Origin: Escherichia coli 042
GTDB lineage: Bacteria > Pseudomonadota > Gammaproteobacteria > Enterobacterales > Enterobacteriaceae
Length of the DNA: 64,000 nucleotides
Strand: one strand, 5' to 3'
Assembly (NCBI RefSeq): GCF_000027125.1
Contig: NC_017626.1
Below the pieces are notes generated by a model. It searched no databases and was not told the DNA's origin. It saw nothing but the letters and a program-made list of their open reading frames with translations. Position numbers and translations under genes: made by a program. This document shows, piece after piece, positions 20,790-33,826 of the stretch. The stretch's first letter is position 1; every line of letters begins with the position of its first letter.

Positions 20790-22124
20790 TTAGCTTAAGG
20801 CTTTACGTAATTGTTGTGCTACCTGTCGCGCCATACCTTCGTTAACGATATTAGTAAACGAGAGCAGTAATCCACCTTCCCCACTTGAACGGATACGCCA
20901 GTCGCTAAGTGCCTGCACCGCAAGGCCTGCAGCATTGGCTTTACGCGCATGGGCAATATCATCGCCTATCATTCTGATCACCATCTGGATACCACCTTTC
21001 TGCGGCACAACCTGAAATCCTTGCTGCGTCAACGCTTGCTCAATCCATTGCCGACGTTGAGCATAATGCTGACGCATTTTCTTCAGATGCCGCCAGAAAT
21101 GCCCCTCGCGAAGAAAGTCTGCCAGTGTGTTCTGCCATAGAACAGGTACCGCACATGGAGCCAGTGACGCCTGGTGGCGGAATTGTGCAATTTGCTTCAC
21201 CGGCAACACCAGCCACGCACAGCGCAATGCAGGAAATAGCGCTTTGCTGAATGTTCCGGCATAAATTACCCGCTGCGGTGCGTCGAGACTTTTTAACGCC
21301 GGTAACGGCTTACCGTGATAGCGAAACTCACTGTCATAATCATCTTCAATAATCCATGCCTGACTACGATCTGCCCATTCCAGTATCTGATGCCTGCGCG
21401 CTAAAGAGAGCGCCACACCCAGCGGACTTTGGTGTGCTGGTGTTATCAGGGCAAAACGCGCATCAGGATAATTTTGTATTCCGCTTGTGATATCCAGTCC
21501 ATTGTCATCAACCGGCACAGGCAAAATTTCCACATCATGGCGAGTGACAATCGGGCGAATCAGTGGAAAGCCGGGATCTTCTATCCACATCCCGTTTCCC
21601 GGTTTCGCCAGCGCGTGCAGAATTAAAGCTATTGAGGCCGCATAACCGTGAGTGATAAAGACCTGCTCTGGCTGACAATCAATCCCACGTGAAACGCGTA
21701 AGTAATCAACTATTGCCTCGCGCAACGCCACCTCACCGCAGACATCGCCTAACGCCAAATCAAAGCGCGTCTGGGTACGAAGGCGACGCCCCATCACCCG
21801 CGCCCACAGCTCTCGCGGAAAGAGATCGAGTGCGGGTAATCCCATTTGAAATGGCAACGGTTGCTGACTTTCACCGGCAAAAGCTAAAACTTGTACAGTA
21901 GATTGTTGCGGATATATCCGCTCACTGACAAATGTGCCAGCCTGTCCCCGCCTGATCAGCCATCCTTGCGCCACCAGCTCAGCATACGCATTTTCGACAG
22001 TGGATCGAGACACCCCCAGCTCCTGCGACCAGGTACGACTTGAAGGCAGCCTTGCGCCGGGTTTCAGTTCCCCTTGCTCAATAGCCGTTTTTAACTGACG
22101 GGCGATATCCTGATAGCGCGGCAT
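20790..22124 (-). CDS. MocR/GabR-family regulator (GntR-type wHTH fused to a PLP-dependent aminotransferase-like domain)
   Basis: N-terminal HTH (SRTWSQELGVSRSTVENAYAELVAQGWL) and a C-terminal fold-type-I domain with the PLP-lysine motif GTFSKALFPALR. Not in the K-12 order ygaM-nrdH as I recall it. Confidence 0.8.
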   Translation of the reverse strand: MPRYQDIARQLKTAIEQGELKPGARLPSSRTWSQELGVSRSTVENAYAELVAQGWLIRRGQAGTFVSERIYPQQSTVQVLAFAGESQQPLPFQMGLPALDLFPRELWARVMGRRLRTQTRFDLALGDVCGEVALREAIVDYLRVSRGIDCQPEQVFITHGYAASIALILHALAKPGNGMWIEDPGFPLIRPIVTRHDVEILPVPVDDNGLDITSGIQNYPDARFALITPAHQSPLGVALSLARRHQILEWADRSQAWIIEDDYDSEFRYHGKPLPALKSLDAPQRVIYAGTFSKALFPALRCAWLVLPVKQIAQFRHQASLAPCAVPVLWQNTLADFLREGHFWRHLKKMRQHYAQRRQWIEQALTQQGFQVVPQKGGIQMVIRMIGDDIAHARKANAAGLAVQALSDWRIRSSGEGGLLLSFTNIVNEGMARQVAQQLRKALS

Positions 22125-22211
22125 ATGGTCTGCTTTTTTAGGTAATTTATGGCTCTCTTTAGCAGTCCATTATAGTGCTACATTGCGGGCGTTAATAAGA
22201 GGAGAAACTGT

Positions 22212-22643
22212 ATGACTACATTACGTCAGCCTTACTACGAACTTAGCCCGGCAGTGTATAACGCACTAGTGCAGGCCAAAACGGCACTGGAAAATAGCAC
22301 GCTGGATACCACGTTGATGGAGTTAGTTTATTTGCGCGTCTCGCAAATCAACGGCTGCGCATTTTGTCTGGAGATGCACAGCAAAGCATTGCGCAAATCC
22401 GGCGTGCCACAGCACAAACTGGACGCCCTGGCAGGTTGGCGCGTAAGCCATCATTTTGATGAACGCGAGCGGGCGGCGCTGGCATGGGCGGAATCGGTAA
22501 CCGAAATTGCCAGAACCCATGCGGAAGACGAGGTTTATCAGCCTTTGCTTGAGCATTTCAGCGCAGCAGAGATCAGCGACTTAACGTTTGCCATCGGGCT
22601 GATGAATTGTTTTAACCGTCTGGCCGTTTCCATGCGGATGTAA
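22212..22643 (+). CDS. Carboxymuconolactone-decarboxylase family / AhpD-like protein
   Basis: 143 aa with a CxxCxxxH motif (GCAFCLEMH) as in the AhpD core; divergent from the MocR-type gene. GAGG upstream of the ATG. Confidence 0.75.
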   Translation: MTTLRQPYYELSPAVYNALVQAKTALENSTLDTTLMELVYLRVSQINGCAFCLEMHSKALRKSGVPQHKLDALAGWRVSHHFDERERAALAWAESVTEIARTHAEDEVYQPLLEHFSAAEISDLTFAIGLMNCFNRLAVSMRM

Positions 22644-22851
22644 CTTCTTGATGCCGGGTATTCGCCCGGCAAAAAAACACAAAATCCCCTACCCCGTTGA
22701 GCCATTCATCGGTGGCGTAATCAATCTAAAATTCCCATATCTTGTATGGTTGAATCTTTTTTCAACTACATCTAGTATCTCTGTATCAACAGAGATACAA
22801 CCCGACGCGTATCATCGCGCCGTATCTTCATTTTAAACGGAAATACGAATC

Positions 22852-23097
22852 ATGCGCATTACTATTTACACTCGTAACGATTGCGTTCAGTGCCACGCCA
22901 CCAAACGGGCGATGGAAAACCGGGGCTTTGATTTTGAAATGATTAATGTCGATCGCGTTCCTGAAGCGGCAGAAGCGCTGCGTGCTCAGGGCTTTCGTCA
23001 GTTGCCGGTTGTGATTGCAGGCGATCTTAGCTGGTCTGGTTTCCGTCCGGACATGATTAACCGTCTGCATCCAGCGCCACACGCGGCCAGTGCATGA
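22852..23097 (+). CDS. nrdH: Glutaredoxin-like protein NrdH
   Basis: 81 aa; CVQC redox motif; followed by nrdIEF. Confidence 0.93.
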   Translation: MRITIYTRNDCVQCHATKRAMENRGFDFEMINVDRVPEAAEALRAQGFRQLPVVIAGDLSWSGFRPDMINRLHPAPHAASA

Positions 23098-23495
23098 GCC
23101 AGCTCGTCTACTTCTCCAGTAGCTCCGAAAATACGCAGCGTTTTATCGAACGTTTAGGACTGCCCGCGGTGCGCATCCCGCTCAATGAGCGGGAACGGAT
23201 TCAGGTAGACGAGCCTTACATCCTGATCGTGCCCTCTTACGGCGGCGGCGGTACGGCTGGCGCAGTGCCACGACAGGTCATTCGCTTTTTAAACGACGAG
23301 CACAACCGGGTGTTGCTGCGCGGCGTTATTGCTTCGGGTAATCGCAACTTTGGTGAGGCGTATGGCCGCGCCGGAGATGTGATAGCCCGGAAATGCGGCG
23401 TGCCGTGGCTGTACCGCTTTGAACTCATGGGTACGCAAAGCGATATCGAAAACGTTCGTAAAGGAGTAACCGAATTTTGGCAACGACAACCGTAG
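23094..23495 (+). CDS. nrdI: Flavodoxin-like NrdI (class Ib RNR maturation)
   Basis: [22 protein letters not shown]...; ATGA overlap with the nrdH stop. Confidence 0.92.
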   Translation: MSQLVYFSSSSENTQRFIERLGLPAVRIPLNERERIQVDEPYILIVPSYGGGGTAGAVPRQVIRFLNDEHNRVLLRGVIASGNRNFGEAYGRAGDVIARKCGVPWLYRFELMGTQSDIENVRKGVTEFWQRQP

Positions 23496-25621
23496 AACGC
23501 CTGACGCAGGAAACGATGGATTATCACGCTCTGAATGCGATGCTTAACCTTTACGATAGTGCAGGTCGCATTCAGTTCGATAAAGACCGCCAGGCCGTTG
23601 ACGCCTTTATTGCGACGCATGTGCGTCCGAACAGTGTGACCTTCAGTAGCCAACAGCAGCGCCTGAACTGGCTGGTCAACGAAGGTTACTATGATGAAAG
23701 CGTTCTTAATCGGTACTCTCGCGACTTTGTCATTACGCTGTTTGCCCACGCACACACCAGCGGTTTTCGTTTCCAGACATTCCTCGGGGCATGGAAGTTT
23801 TACACCAGCTATACGCTGAAAACATTCGACGGTAAGCGTTATCTGGAAGATTTTGCCGATCGCGTCACGATGGTGGCGCTGACGCTGGCACAAGGCGATG
23901 AAACACTGGCGACGCAGCTCACTGATGAGATGCTGTCAGGACGCTTTCAGCCAGCCACGCCGACATTCCTCAACTGCGGTAAGCAGCAGCGCGGCGAACT
24001 GGTTTCCTGTTTTCTACTGCGTATTGAAGACAATATGGAGTCGATTGGCCGGGCGGTAAATTCCGCACTGCAACTGTCGAAACGCGGCGGCGGCGTAGCA
24101 TTTTTGCTGTCGAATCTGCGAGAAGCGGGCGCGCCAATTAAACGTATTGAAAATCAATCTTCTGGCGTGATTCCGGTGATGAAAATGCTGGAAGACGCAT
24201 TTTCCTATGCCAACCAGCTCGGCGCGCGTCAGGGTGCTGGCGCAGTCTATTTACATGCCCATCATCCCGATATTCTGCGTTTTCTCGATACAAAGCGGGA
24301 AAATGCCGACGAGAAAATCCGCATTAAAACACTGTCGCTGGGCGTGGTGATCCCGGATATCACTTTCCATCTGGCAAAAGAGAATGCGCAGATGGCACTG
24401 TTTTCGCCTTATGACGTTGAGCGGGTTTATGGCAAGCCGTTTGCTGATATCGCCATCAGTGAACACTATGCCGAACTGGTTGCCAATGAACGCATCCGCA
24501 AAAAATACATCAACGCCCGTGATTTCTTCCAGCGACTGGCAGAAATCCAGTTTGAGTCCGGCTATCCCTACATCATGTATGAAGACACGGTTAACCGTGC
24601 TAACCCTATCGCCGGGCGCATAAATATGAGCAATCTCTGCTCAGAAATTTTGCAGGTTAACAGCGCCTCAGAGTATGACGAGAATCTCGACTATGCCCGC
24701 ACAGGCCATGATATTTCCTGCAATTTAGGTTCGTTGAATATTGCCCACACCATGGATTCCCCCGACTTTGCCCGCACGGTAGAGACTGCCATGCGCGGTT
24801 TAACGGCAGTATCAGATATGAGTCATATCCGCAGCGTGCCGTCCATCGAAGCCGGAAATGCCGCCTCGCACGCCATCGGCCTGGGGCAGATGAATTTACA
24901 CGGTTATCTGGCGCGAGAAGGCATCGCTTATGGATCGCCGGAAGCACTGGATTTCACTAATCTCTATTTCTATACCATCACCTGGCACGCACTGCGTACC
25001 TCGATGTTGCTGGCGCGCGAACGCAGTGAAACCTTCGCCGGGTTCAAACAGTCACGCTATGCCAATGGTGAATATTTTAGCCAATATCTGCAAGGGAACT
25101 GGCAGCCGAAAACGGCGAAAGTTGGCGAACTGTTTACCCGTAGCGGTATTACGTTACCTACCCGTGAGATGTGGGCGCGGCTGCGCGACGACGTGATGCG
25201 CTACGGCATTTACAACCAGAATCTTCAGGCGGTGCCGCCAACCGGTTCTATCTCTTATATCAACCATGCTACGTCGAGTATTCATCCGATTGTGGCGAAA
25301 GTAGAGATACGCAAAGAGGGCAAAACAGGACGCGTTTACTACCCTGCCCCGTTTATGACTAACGAGAATCTGGCGCTGTATCAGGACGCTTACGAAATTG
25401 GCGCAGAAAAGATCATCGACACTTACGCGGAAGCGACTCGCCATGTCGATCAGGGGCTGTCGCTGACGCTGTTTTTCCCCGATACCGCCACCACTCGCGA
25501 TATCAACAAAGCGCAGATTTACGCCTGGCGCAAAGGTATCAAAACGCTCTATTACATCCGCCTGCGTCAGATGGCGCTGGAAGGCACTGAAATTGAAGGC
25601 TGCGTCTCGTGTGCACTTTAA
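23477..25621 (+). CDS. nrdE: Class Ib ribonucleotide reductase alpha subunit
   Basis: 714 aa; [27 protein letters not shown]...; TTG start overlapping the nrdI 3' end. Confidence 0.95.
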   Translation: MATTTVERLTQETMDYHALNAMLNLYDSAGRIQFDKDRQAVDAFIATHVRPNSVTFSSQQQRLNWLVNEGYYDESVLNRYSRDFVITLFAHAHTSGFRFQTFLGAWKFYTSYTLKTFDGKRYLEDFADRVTMVALTLAQGDETLATQLTDEMLSGRFQPATPTFLNCGKQQRGELVSCFLLRIEDNMESIGRAVNSALQLSKRGGGVAFLLSNLREAGAPIKRIENQSSGVIPVMKMLEDAFSYANQLGARQGAGAVYLHAHHPDILRFLDTKRENADEKIRIKTLSLGVVIPDITFHLAKENAQMALFSPYDVERVYGKPFADIAISEHYAELVANERIRKKYINARDFFQRLAEIQFESGYPYIMYEDTVNRANPIAGRINMSNLCSEILQVNSASEYDENLDYARTGHDISCNLGSLNIAHTMDSPDFARTVETAMRGLTAVSDMSHIRSVPSIEAGNAASHAIGLGQMNLHGYLAREGIAYGSPEALDFTNLYFYTITWHALRTSMLLARERSETFAGFKQSRYANGEYFSQYLQGNWQPKTAKVGELFTRSGITLPTREMWARLRDDVMRYGIYNQNLQAVPPTGSISYINHATSSIHPIVAKVEIRKEGKTGRVYYPAPFMTNENLALYQDAYEIGAEKIIDTYAEATRHVDQGLSLTLFFPDTATTRDINKAQIYAWRKGIKTLYYIRLRQMALEGTEIEGCVSCAL

Positions 25622-26590
<969 letters not shown>

Positions 26591-26850
26591 GGGTGTTATT
26601 TTTCAAAAATATCACTACCCGCAGCAGGGAAATAATTCCCACCAAATAGCTTTTTATCACGCAAATATTTTGTGGTGATCTACACTGACACTCTGTTGCA
26701 TTATTCGCCTGAAACCACAATATTCAGGCGTTTTTTCGCTATCTTTGACAAAAAATATCAACTTTTCTCGATTTGCTCTCAGCCCTTATATCATGGGAAA
26801 TTCCGGCGATTTGCTCACATCAATATTCATGCCACATTTGCCATCAGGGG

Positions 26851-26878
26851 TTGCCTCAGATTCTCAGTATGTTAGGGT
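26851..26878 (+). promoter_or_regulatory. proU promoter: -35 TTGCCT (26851-26856), 16-bp spacer, -10 TAGGGT (26873-26878)
   Basis: Hexamers and spacing read directly; match the proU promoter as I recall it, ~70 bp upstream of proV. Confidence 0.7.
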
Positions 26879-26946
26879 AGAAAAAAGTGACTATTTCCAT
26901 TGGGTAATGTATCGACATAAACAAATAACAGGAATCTTTCTATTGC

Positions 26947-28149
26947 ATGGCAATTAAATTAGAAATTAAAAATCTTTATAAAATATTTGGTGAGCATCCA
27001 CAGCGAGCTTTCAAATATATCGAACAAGGACTTTCAAAAGAACAAATTCTGGAAAAAACTGGGCTATCGCTTGGCGTAAAAGACGCCAGTCTGGCCATTG
27101 AAGAAGGCGAGATATTTGTCATCATGGGATTATCCGGTTCGGGTAAATCCACAATGGTACGCCTTCTCAATCGCCTGATTGAACCCACCCGCGGGCAAGT
27201 GCTGATTGATGGTGTGGATATTGCCAAAATATCCGACGCCGAACTCCGTGAGGTGCGCAGAAAAAAGATTGCGATGGTCTTTCAGTCCTTTGCCTTAATG
27301 CCGCATATGACCGTGCTGGACAATACTGCATTCGGTATGGAATTGGCCGGAATTAATGCCGAAGAACGCCGGGAAAAAGCCCTTGATGCACTGCGTCAGG
27401 TCGGGCTGGAAAATTATGCCCACAGCTACCCGGATGAACTCTCTGGCGGGATGCGTCAACGTGTGGGATTAGCCCGCGCGTTAGCGATTAATCCGGATAT
27501 ATTATTAATGGACGAAGCCTTCTCAGCACTCGATCCATTAATTCGCACCGAGATGCAGGATGAGCTGGTAAAATTACAGGCGAAACATCAGCGCACCATT
27601 GTCTTTATTTCCCACGATCTCGATGAAGCTATGCGTATTGGCGACCGAATTGCCATTATGCAAAATGGTGAAGTGGTACAGGTCGGCACACCGGATGAAA
27701 TTCTCAATAATCCGGCGAATGATTATGTCCGTACCTTCTTCCGTGGCGTCGATATTAGTCAGGTATTCAGTGCGAAAGATATTGCTCGCCGGACACCGAA
27801 CGGCTTAATCCGTAAAACCCCCGGCTTCGGCCCGCGTTCGGCACTGAAATTATTGCAGGATGAAGATCGCGAATATGGCTACGTCATCGAACGCGGTAAT
27901 AAGTTTGTCGGCGCAGTGTCTATCGATTCGCTTAAAACCGCGTTAACGCAGCAGCAAGGTCTTGATGCGGCGCTGATTGATGCGCCGTTAGCGGTCGATG
28001 CACAAACGCCTCTTAGCGAGTTGCTCTCTCATGTCGGACAGGCCCCCTGTGCGGTGCCCGTGGTCGACGAGGACCAACAGTATGTCGGCATCATTTCGAA
28101 AGGAATGCTGCTGCGCGCTTTAGATCGTGAGGGGGTAAATAATGGCTGA
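26947..28149 (+). CDS. proV: Glycine betaine/proline ABC transporter ATPase (with C-terminal CBS domains)
   Basis: 400 aa; Walker [13 protein letters not shown] signature LSGGMRQR. Confidence 0.95.
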   Translation: MAIKLEIKNLYKIFGEHPQRAFKYIEQGLSKEQILEKTGLSLGVKDASLAIEEGEIFVIMGLSGSGKSTMVRLLNRLIEPTRGQVLIDGVDIAKISDAELREVRRKKIAMVFQSFALMPHMTVLDNTAFGMELAGINAEERREKALDALRQVGLENYAHSYPDELSGGMRQRVGLARALAINPDILLMDEAFSALDPLIRTEMQDELVKLQAKHQRTIVFISHDLDEAMRIGDRIAIMQNGEVVQVGTPDEILNNPANDYVRTFFRGVDISQVFSAKDIARRTPNGLIRKTPGFGPRSALKLLQDEDREYGYVIERGNKFVGAVSIDSLKTALTQQQGLDAALIDAPLAVDAQTPLSELLSHVGQAPCAVPVVDEDQQYVGIISKGMLLRALDREGVNNG

Positions 28150-29206
28150 TCAAAATAATCCGTGGGATACCACGCCAGCGGCGGACAGTGCCGCACAGTC
28201 CGCAGACGCCTGGGGTACACCGGCTGCTGCACCGACTGACGGCGGTGGTGCTGACTGGCTGACCAGTACGCCTGCGCCAAACGTCGAGCATTTTAATATT
28301 CTCGATCCGTTCCATAAAACGCTGATCCCGCTCGACAGTTGGGTCACTGAAGGGATCGACTGGGTCGTTACCCATTTCCGTCCCGTCTTCCAGGGCGTGC
28401 GCGTTCCGGTTGATTATATCCTCAACGGTTTCCAGCAATTGCTGCTGGGTATGCCAGCGCCAGTGGCGATTATCGTTTTCGCTCTCATCGCCTGGCAGAT
28501 TTCCGGGGTCGGAATGGGCGTGGCGACGCTGGTTTCGCTGATTGCCATCGGCGCAATCGGTGCCTGGTCACAGGCAATGGTTACTCTGGCGCTGGTGCTA
28601 ACCGCCCTGCTGTTCTGTATCGTCATCGGTTTGCCGTTGGGGATCTGGCTGGCGAGAAGTCCACGAGCGGCGAAAATTATTCGTCCACTGCTTGATGCCA
28701 TGCAGACCACGCCAGCGTTTGTTTATCTGGTACCAATCGTCATGCTGTTTGGTATCGGTAACGTGCCGGGCGTAGTGGTGACGATCATCTTTGCTCTGCC
28801 GCCGATTATCCGTCTGACAATTCTGGGGATTAACCAGGTTCCGGCGGATCTGATTGAAGCCTCGCGCTCATTCGGTGCCAGCCCGCGCCAGATGCTGTTC
28901 AAAGTTCAGTTACCGCTGGCGATGCCGACCATTATGGCGGGCGTTAACCAGACGCTGATGCTGGCCCTTTCTATGGTGGTCATCGCCTCGATGATTGCAG
29001 TCGGCGGGCTGGGTCAGATGGTACTTCGCGGTATCGGTCGTCTGGATATGGGGCTTGCCACCGTTGGCGGCGTCGGGATTGTGATCCTCGCCATTATCCT
29101 CGACCGCCTGACGCAGGCCGTTGGGCGCGACTCACGCAGTCGCGGCAACCGTCGCTGGTACACCACTGGCCCTGTTGGTTTGCTGACCCGCCCATTCATT
29201 AAGTAA
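28142..29206 (+). CDS. proW: Glycine betaine/proline ABC transporter permease
   Basis: 354-aa membrane protein; overlaps the proV end. Confidence 0.95.
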   Translation: MADQNNPWDTTPAADSAAQSADAWGTPAAAPTDGGGADWLTSTPAPNVEHFNILDPFHKTLIPLDSWVTEGIDWVVTHFRPVFQGVRVPVDYILNGFQQLLLGMPAPVAIIVFALIAWQISGVGMGVATLVSLIAIGAIGAWSQAMVTLALVLTALLFCIVIGLPLGIWLARSPRAAKIIRPLLDAMQTTPAFVYLVPIVMLFGIGNVPGVVVTIIFALPPIIRLTILGINQVPADLIEASRSFGASPRQMLFKVQLPLAMPTIMAGVNQTLMLALSMVVIASMIAVGGLGQMVLRGIGRLDMGLATVGGVGIVILAIILDRLTQAVGRDSRSRGNRRWYTTGPVGLLTRPFIK

Positions 29207-29263
29207 CTCTGCACTTGCCCGGTGACGCCGGGCATTATCACCCTGCCAAAAAAAGGAATAACA

Positions 29264-30256
29264 ATGCGACATAGCGTACTTTTTGCGACAGCGTTTGCCA
29301 CGCTTATCTCTACACAAACTTTTGCTGCCGATCTGCCGGGCAAAGGCATTACTGTTAATCCAGTTCAGAGCACCATCACTGAAGAAACCTTCCAGACGCT
29401 GCTGGTCAGTCGTGCACTGGAGAAATTAGGTTATACCGTCAATAAACCCAGCGAAGTGGATTACAACGTTGGCTACACCTCGCTTGCTTCCGGCGATGCA
29501 ACCTTCACCGCCGTGAACTGGACGCCGCTGCATGACAACATGTACGAAGCTGCCGGTGGCGATAAGAAATTTTATCGTGAAGGAGTATTTGTTAACGGCG
29601 CGGCACAGGGTTACCTGATCGATAAGAAAACTGCCGACCAGTACAAAATCACCAACATCGCGCAACTGAAAGATCCGAAGATCGCCAAACTGTTCGATAC
29701 CAACGGCGACGGTAAAGCGGATTTGACTGGCTGTAACCCTGGCTGGGGCTGCGAAGGTGCGATCAACCACCAGCTTGCCGCGTATGGACTGACCAATACC
29801 GTGACGCATAATCAGGGGAACTACGCAGCGATGATGGCTGACACCATCAGTCGTTACAAAGAGGGTAAGCCGGTGTTTTACTACACCTGGACGCCGTACT
29901 GGGTGAGTAACGAACTGAAACCGGGGAAAGATGTGGTCTGGTTGCAGGTGCCGTTCTCCGCACTGCCGGGCGATAAAAATGCCGATACCAAACTGCCGAA
30001 TGGCGCGAATTACGGCTTCCCGGTCAGTACCATGCATATCGTTGCCAACAAAGCCTGGGCCGAGAAAAACCCGGCAGCAGCGAAACTGTTTGCCATTATG
30101 CAGTTACCAGTGGCAGATATTAACGCCCAGAACGCCATTATGCATGACGGCAAAGCCTCAGAAGGCGATATTCAGGGCCACGTTGATGGCTGGATCAAAG
30201 CCCACCAGCAGCAGTTCGATGGCTGGGTGAATGAGGCGCTGGCAGCGCAGAAGTAA
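29264..30256 (+). CDS. proX: Glycine betaine/proline periplasmic binding protein
   Basis: [28 protein letters not shown]... signal peptide; 330 aa. ORF-track start 29222 is an extension. Confidence 0.93.
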   Translation: MRHSVLFATAFATLISTQTFAADLPGKGITVNPVQSTITEETFQTLLVSRALEKLGYTVNKPSEVDYNVGYTSLASGDATFTAVNWTPLHDNMYEAAGGDKKFYREGVFVNGAAQGYLIDKKTADQYKITNIAQLKDPKIAKLFDTNGDGKADLTGCNPGWGCEGAINHQLAAYGLTNTVTHNQGNYAAMMADTISRYKEGKPVFYYTWTPYWVSNELKPGKDVVWLQVPFSALPGDKNADTKLPNGANYGFPVSTMHIVANKAWAEKNPAAAKLFAIMQLPVADINAQNAIMHDGKASEGDIQGHVDGWIKAHQQQFDGWVNEALAAQK

Positions 30257-30708
30257 ATATTGATAACCGCGCAGATAATGCTCATGTGAGTAAAACAATT
30301 GCAGCGATGGTTTTAATCCGGCTGAAAATCGATGAGACGTTTTCTGAAGGCCGGGGCGACGCGCAGGGATGCGCGGCGAGGGCGCGTCTTACAGGGATGT
30401 TACCTCGCGCCCGTACCCGATAGCCGTAAGAAATAAGTCGAATGTACCGCGTAGCGGCGATTTTGTGCCAAAAGCCTGGGTCGCCAGGGCGGTGGCGACT
30501 GAGCCACCCTGGCACGTTCACCAGCAAAATAGTGACAAAGTAGCTATAATCTGGAAGTGAACGTAACATTTGCCTTAGTGGCATATTTCACCTTCAAATA
30601 CCCTCTCCCCATTACCCGCACATTTTAACAATCTATCTTTCGCCCCATATTCATAAACATCCGCTATTATTGATTCCCAGCTTAATCATCACCTGATGAA
30701 CAAAAATA

Positions 30709-31893
30709 ATGACTAAAACAAACCATGAGCTTAGCCCGGCGCTGATCGTGCTGATGTCTATCGCCACCGGTCTGGCGGTAGCCAGTAACTATTACGCCCA
30801 GCCATTACTCGACACCATCGCGCGTAACTTTTCCCTTTCCGCCAGTTCGGCGGGCTTTATTGTTACCGCCGCGCAGTTGGGCTATGCCGCAGGTCTGCTG
30901 TTTCTTGTTCCCCTCGGTGATATGTTTGAACGCCGCCGCCTGATTGTCTCGATGACCTTACTGGCAGCGGGCGGTATGTTAATCACTGCCAGCAGTCAGT
31001 CACTGGCGATGATGATCCTCGGTACGGCATTGACCGGTTTATTCTCGGTCGTGGCACAAATTCTGGTTCCGCTGGCAGCGACGCTGGCTTCACCAGACAA
31101 ACGCGGCAAAGTGGTCGGCACCATTATGAGCGGGCTGCTGTTGGGGATCTTGCTGGCACGAACCGTTGCCGGGTTGCTGGCAAACCTCGGCGGCTGGCGC
31201 ACCGTCTTTTGGGTTGCCTCGGTGTTAATGGCACTGATGGCGCTGGCATTATGGCGTGGTCTGCCACAAATGAAATCAGAAACCCACCTCAACTACCCAC
31301 AGTTGCTTGGTTCCGTTTTCAGCATGTTTATCAGCGATAAAATTCTGCGCACCCGCGCGTTGCTGGGCTGCCTGACCTTTGCCAACTTCAGCATTCTCTG
31401 GACCTCAATGGCCTTTTTGCTTGCCGCTCCACCTTTTAACTACAGCGATGGTGTAATTGGTCTGTTTGGACTTGCGGGAGCTGCCGGAGCGTTGGGTGCT
31501 CGTCCGGCGGGCGGTTTTGCCGATAAGGGTAAATCGCACCACACCACTACTTTCGGTCTGCTGCTGCTATTACTTTCATGGCTGGCGATCTGGTTTGGCC
31601 ACACTTCCGTACTGGCGTTGATTATCGGCATCCTGGTGCTGGATCTCACCGTGCAGGGCGTGCATATCACTAACCAGACGGTAATTTATCGAATACACCC
31701 TGATGCGCGTAATCGCCTGACCGCAGGTTACATGACCAGCTACTTTATTGGCGGTGCCGCCGGTTCGCTAATTTCAGCCTCAGCCTGGCAACATGGCGGT
31801 TGGGCTGGCGTTTGTCTGGCTGGCGCGACGATTGCCCTGGTTAACTTACTGGTCTGGTGGCGAGGTTTTCATCGTCAGGAAGCTGCAAATTAA
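30709..31893 (+). CDS. ygaY: MFS-superfamily transporter, intact 394 aa
   Basis: 12-TM-like hydrophobic profile; position after proX matches the ygaX/ygaY locus, which I recall as pseudogene fragments in K-12. Confidence 0.7.
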   Translation: MTKTNHELSPALIVLMSIATGLAVASNYYAQPLLDTIARNFSLSASSAGFIVTAAQLGYAAGLLFLVPLGDMFERRRLIVSMTLLAAGGMLITASSQSLAMMILGTALTGLFSVVAQILVPLAATLASPDKRGKVVGTIMSGLLLGILLARTVAGLLANLGGWRTVFWVASVLMALMALALWRGLPQMKSETHLNYPQLLGSVFSMFISDKILRTRALLGCLTFANFSILWTSMAFLLAAPPFNYSDGVIGLFGLAGAAGALGARPAGGFADKGKSHHTTTFGLLLLLLSWLAIWFGHTSVLALIIGILVLDLTVQGVHITNQTVIYRIHPDARNRLTAGYMTSYFIGGAAGSLISASAWQHGGWAGVCLAGATIALVNLLVWWRGFHRQEAAN

Positions 31894-32016
31894 GCAATCA
31901 GCAACCGTTTTCGTGGCTTTACACTTATAAGGGTGTTAAGAAGCCCATCAGTCTGATAAGGTTAAGATATTCATTCAGTCTATTTATAATATTAACAATC
32001 GTTAAGCGTACACTCT

Positions 32017-32754
32017 ATGGAAAGCCCTACTCCACAGCCTGCTCCTGGTTCGGCGACCTTCATGGAAGGATGCAAAGACAGTTTACCGATTGTTATTAGT
32101 TATATTCCGGTGGCCTTTGCGTTCGGTCTGAATGCGACCCGTCTGGGATTCTCTCCTCTCGAAAGCGTTTTTTTCTCCTGCATCATTTATGCAGGCGCGA
32201 GCCAGTTCGTCATTACCGCGATGCTGGCAGCCGGGAGTAGTTTGTGGGTTGCTGCACTGACCGTCATGGCAATGGATGTTCGCCATGTTTTGTATGGCCC
32301 GTCACTGCGTAGCCGTATTATTCAGCGTCTGCAAAAATCGAAAACCGCCCTGTGGGCATTTGGCCTGACGGATGAGGTTTTTGCCGCCGCAACCGCAAAA
32401 CTGGTACGCAATAATCGCCGCTGGAGCGAGAACTGGATGATCGGCATTGCCTTCAGTTCATGGTCATCGTGGGTATTTGGTACGGTAATAGGGGCATTCT
32501 CCGGCAGCGGCTTGCTGCAAGGTTATCCCGCCGTTGAAGCAGCATTAGGTTTTATGCTTCCGGCACTCTTTATGAGTTTCCTGCTCGCCTCTTTCCAGCG
32601 CAAACAATCTCTTTGCGTTACCGCAGCGTTAGTTGGTGCCCTTGCAGGCGTAACGCTATTTTCTATTCCCGTCGCCATTCTGGCAGGCATTGTCTGTGGC
32701 TGCCTCACTGCGTTAATCCAGGCATTCTGGCAAGGAGCGCCCGATGAGCTATGA
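32017..32754 (+). CDS. ygaZ: AzlC-family branched-chain amino acid (L-valine) exporter subunit
   Basis: 245-aa membrane protein; overlaps ygaH. Confidence 0.9.
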   Translation: MESPTPQPAPGSATFMEGCKDSLPIVISYIPVAFAFGLNATRLGFSPLESVFFSCIIYAGASQFVITAMLAAGSSLWVAALTVMAMDVRHVLYGPSLRSRIIQRLQKSKTALWAFGLTDEVFAAATAKLVRNNRRWSENWMIGIAFSSWSSWVFGTVIGAFSGSGLLQGYPAVEAALGFMLPALFMSFLLASFQRKQSLCVTAALVGALAGVTLFSIPVAILAGIVCGCLTALIQAFWQGAPDEL

Positions 32755-33079
32755 GGTTCTGCTGCTTGGGTTACTGGTTGGCGCGGCGAATTATTGCTTC
32801 CGCTATTTGCCGCTGCGCCTGCGTGTGGGTAATGCCCGCCCAACCAAACGTGGCGCGATAGGCATATTGCTCGACACCATTGGCATCGCCTCGATATGCG
32901 CTCTGCTGGTTGTCTCTACCGCACCAGAAGTGATGCACGATACACGCCGTTTCGTGCCCACGCTGGTCGGCTTCGCGGTACTGGGTGCCAGTTTCTATAA
33001 AACACGCAGCATTATCATCCCAACACTGCTTAGCGCGCTGGCCTACGGGCTCGCCTGGAAAGTGATGGCGATTATATAA
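32744..33079 (+). CDS. ygaH: AzlD-family L-valine exporter small subunit
   Basis: 111 aa; 4-bp-class overlap with ygaZ. Confidence 0.9.
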   Translation: MSYEVLLLGLLVGAANYCFRYLPLRLRVGNARPTKRGAIGILLDTIGIASICALLVVSTAPEVMHDTRRFVPTLVGFAVLGASFYKTRSIIIPTLLSALAYGLAWKVMAII

Positions 33080-33169
33080 CCCACAAGAATCATTTTTCTA
33101 AAACAATACATTTACTTTATTTGTCACTGTCGTTACTATATCGGCTGAAATTAATGAGGTCATACCCAA

Positions 33170-33700
33170 ATGGATAGTTCGTTTACGCCCATTGAACAAA
33201 TGCTAAAATTTCGCGCCAGCCGCCACGAAGATTTTCCTTATCAGGAGATCCTTCTGACTCGTCTTTGCATGCACATGCAAAGCAAGCTGCTGGAGAACCG
33301 CAATAAAATGCTGAAGGCTCAGGGGATTAACGAGACGTTGTTTATGGCGTTGATTACGCTGGAGTCTCAGGAAAACCACAGTATTCAGCCTTCTGAATTG
33401 AGTTGTGCTCTTGGATCATCCCGTACCAACGCGACGCGTATTGCAGATGAACTGGAAAAACGGGGTTGGATCGAACGTCGTGAAAGCGATAACGACCGTC
33501 GTTGCCTGCATCTGCAATTAACGGAAAAAGGTCACGAGTTTTTGCGCGAGGTTTTACCGCCGCAGCATAACTGCCTGCATCAACTCTGGTCCGCGCTCAG
33601 CACAACAGAAAAAGATCAGCTCGAGCAAATCACCCGCAAATTGCTCTCCCGTCTCGACCAGATGGAACAAGACGGTGTGGTTCTCGAAGCGATGAGCTAA
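33170..33700 (+). CDS. mprA: MarR-family repressor MprA (EmrR)
   Basis: 176 aa; first gene of mprA-emrA-emrB. Confidence 0.93.
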
Positions 33701-33826
33701 CGCGTCATCTCGCTCAAAAATCCAGATTTATAAAAGAAAAAATGACTGGCCAGCATCGCAACATGCTGGCCTTTTTGGCAAGCAGGTCGGCTCAGCCGAT
33801 GAGTTAAGAAGATCGTGGAGAACAAT

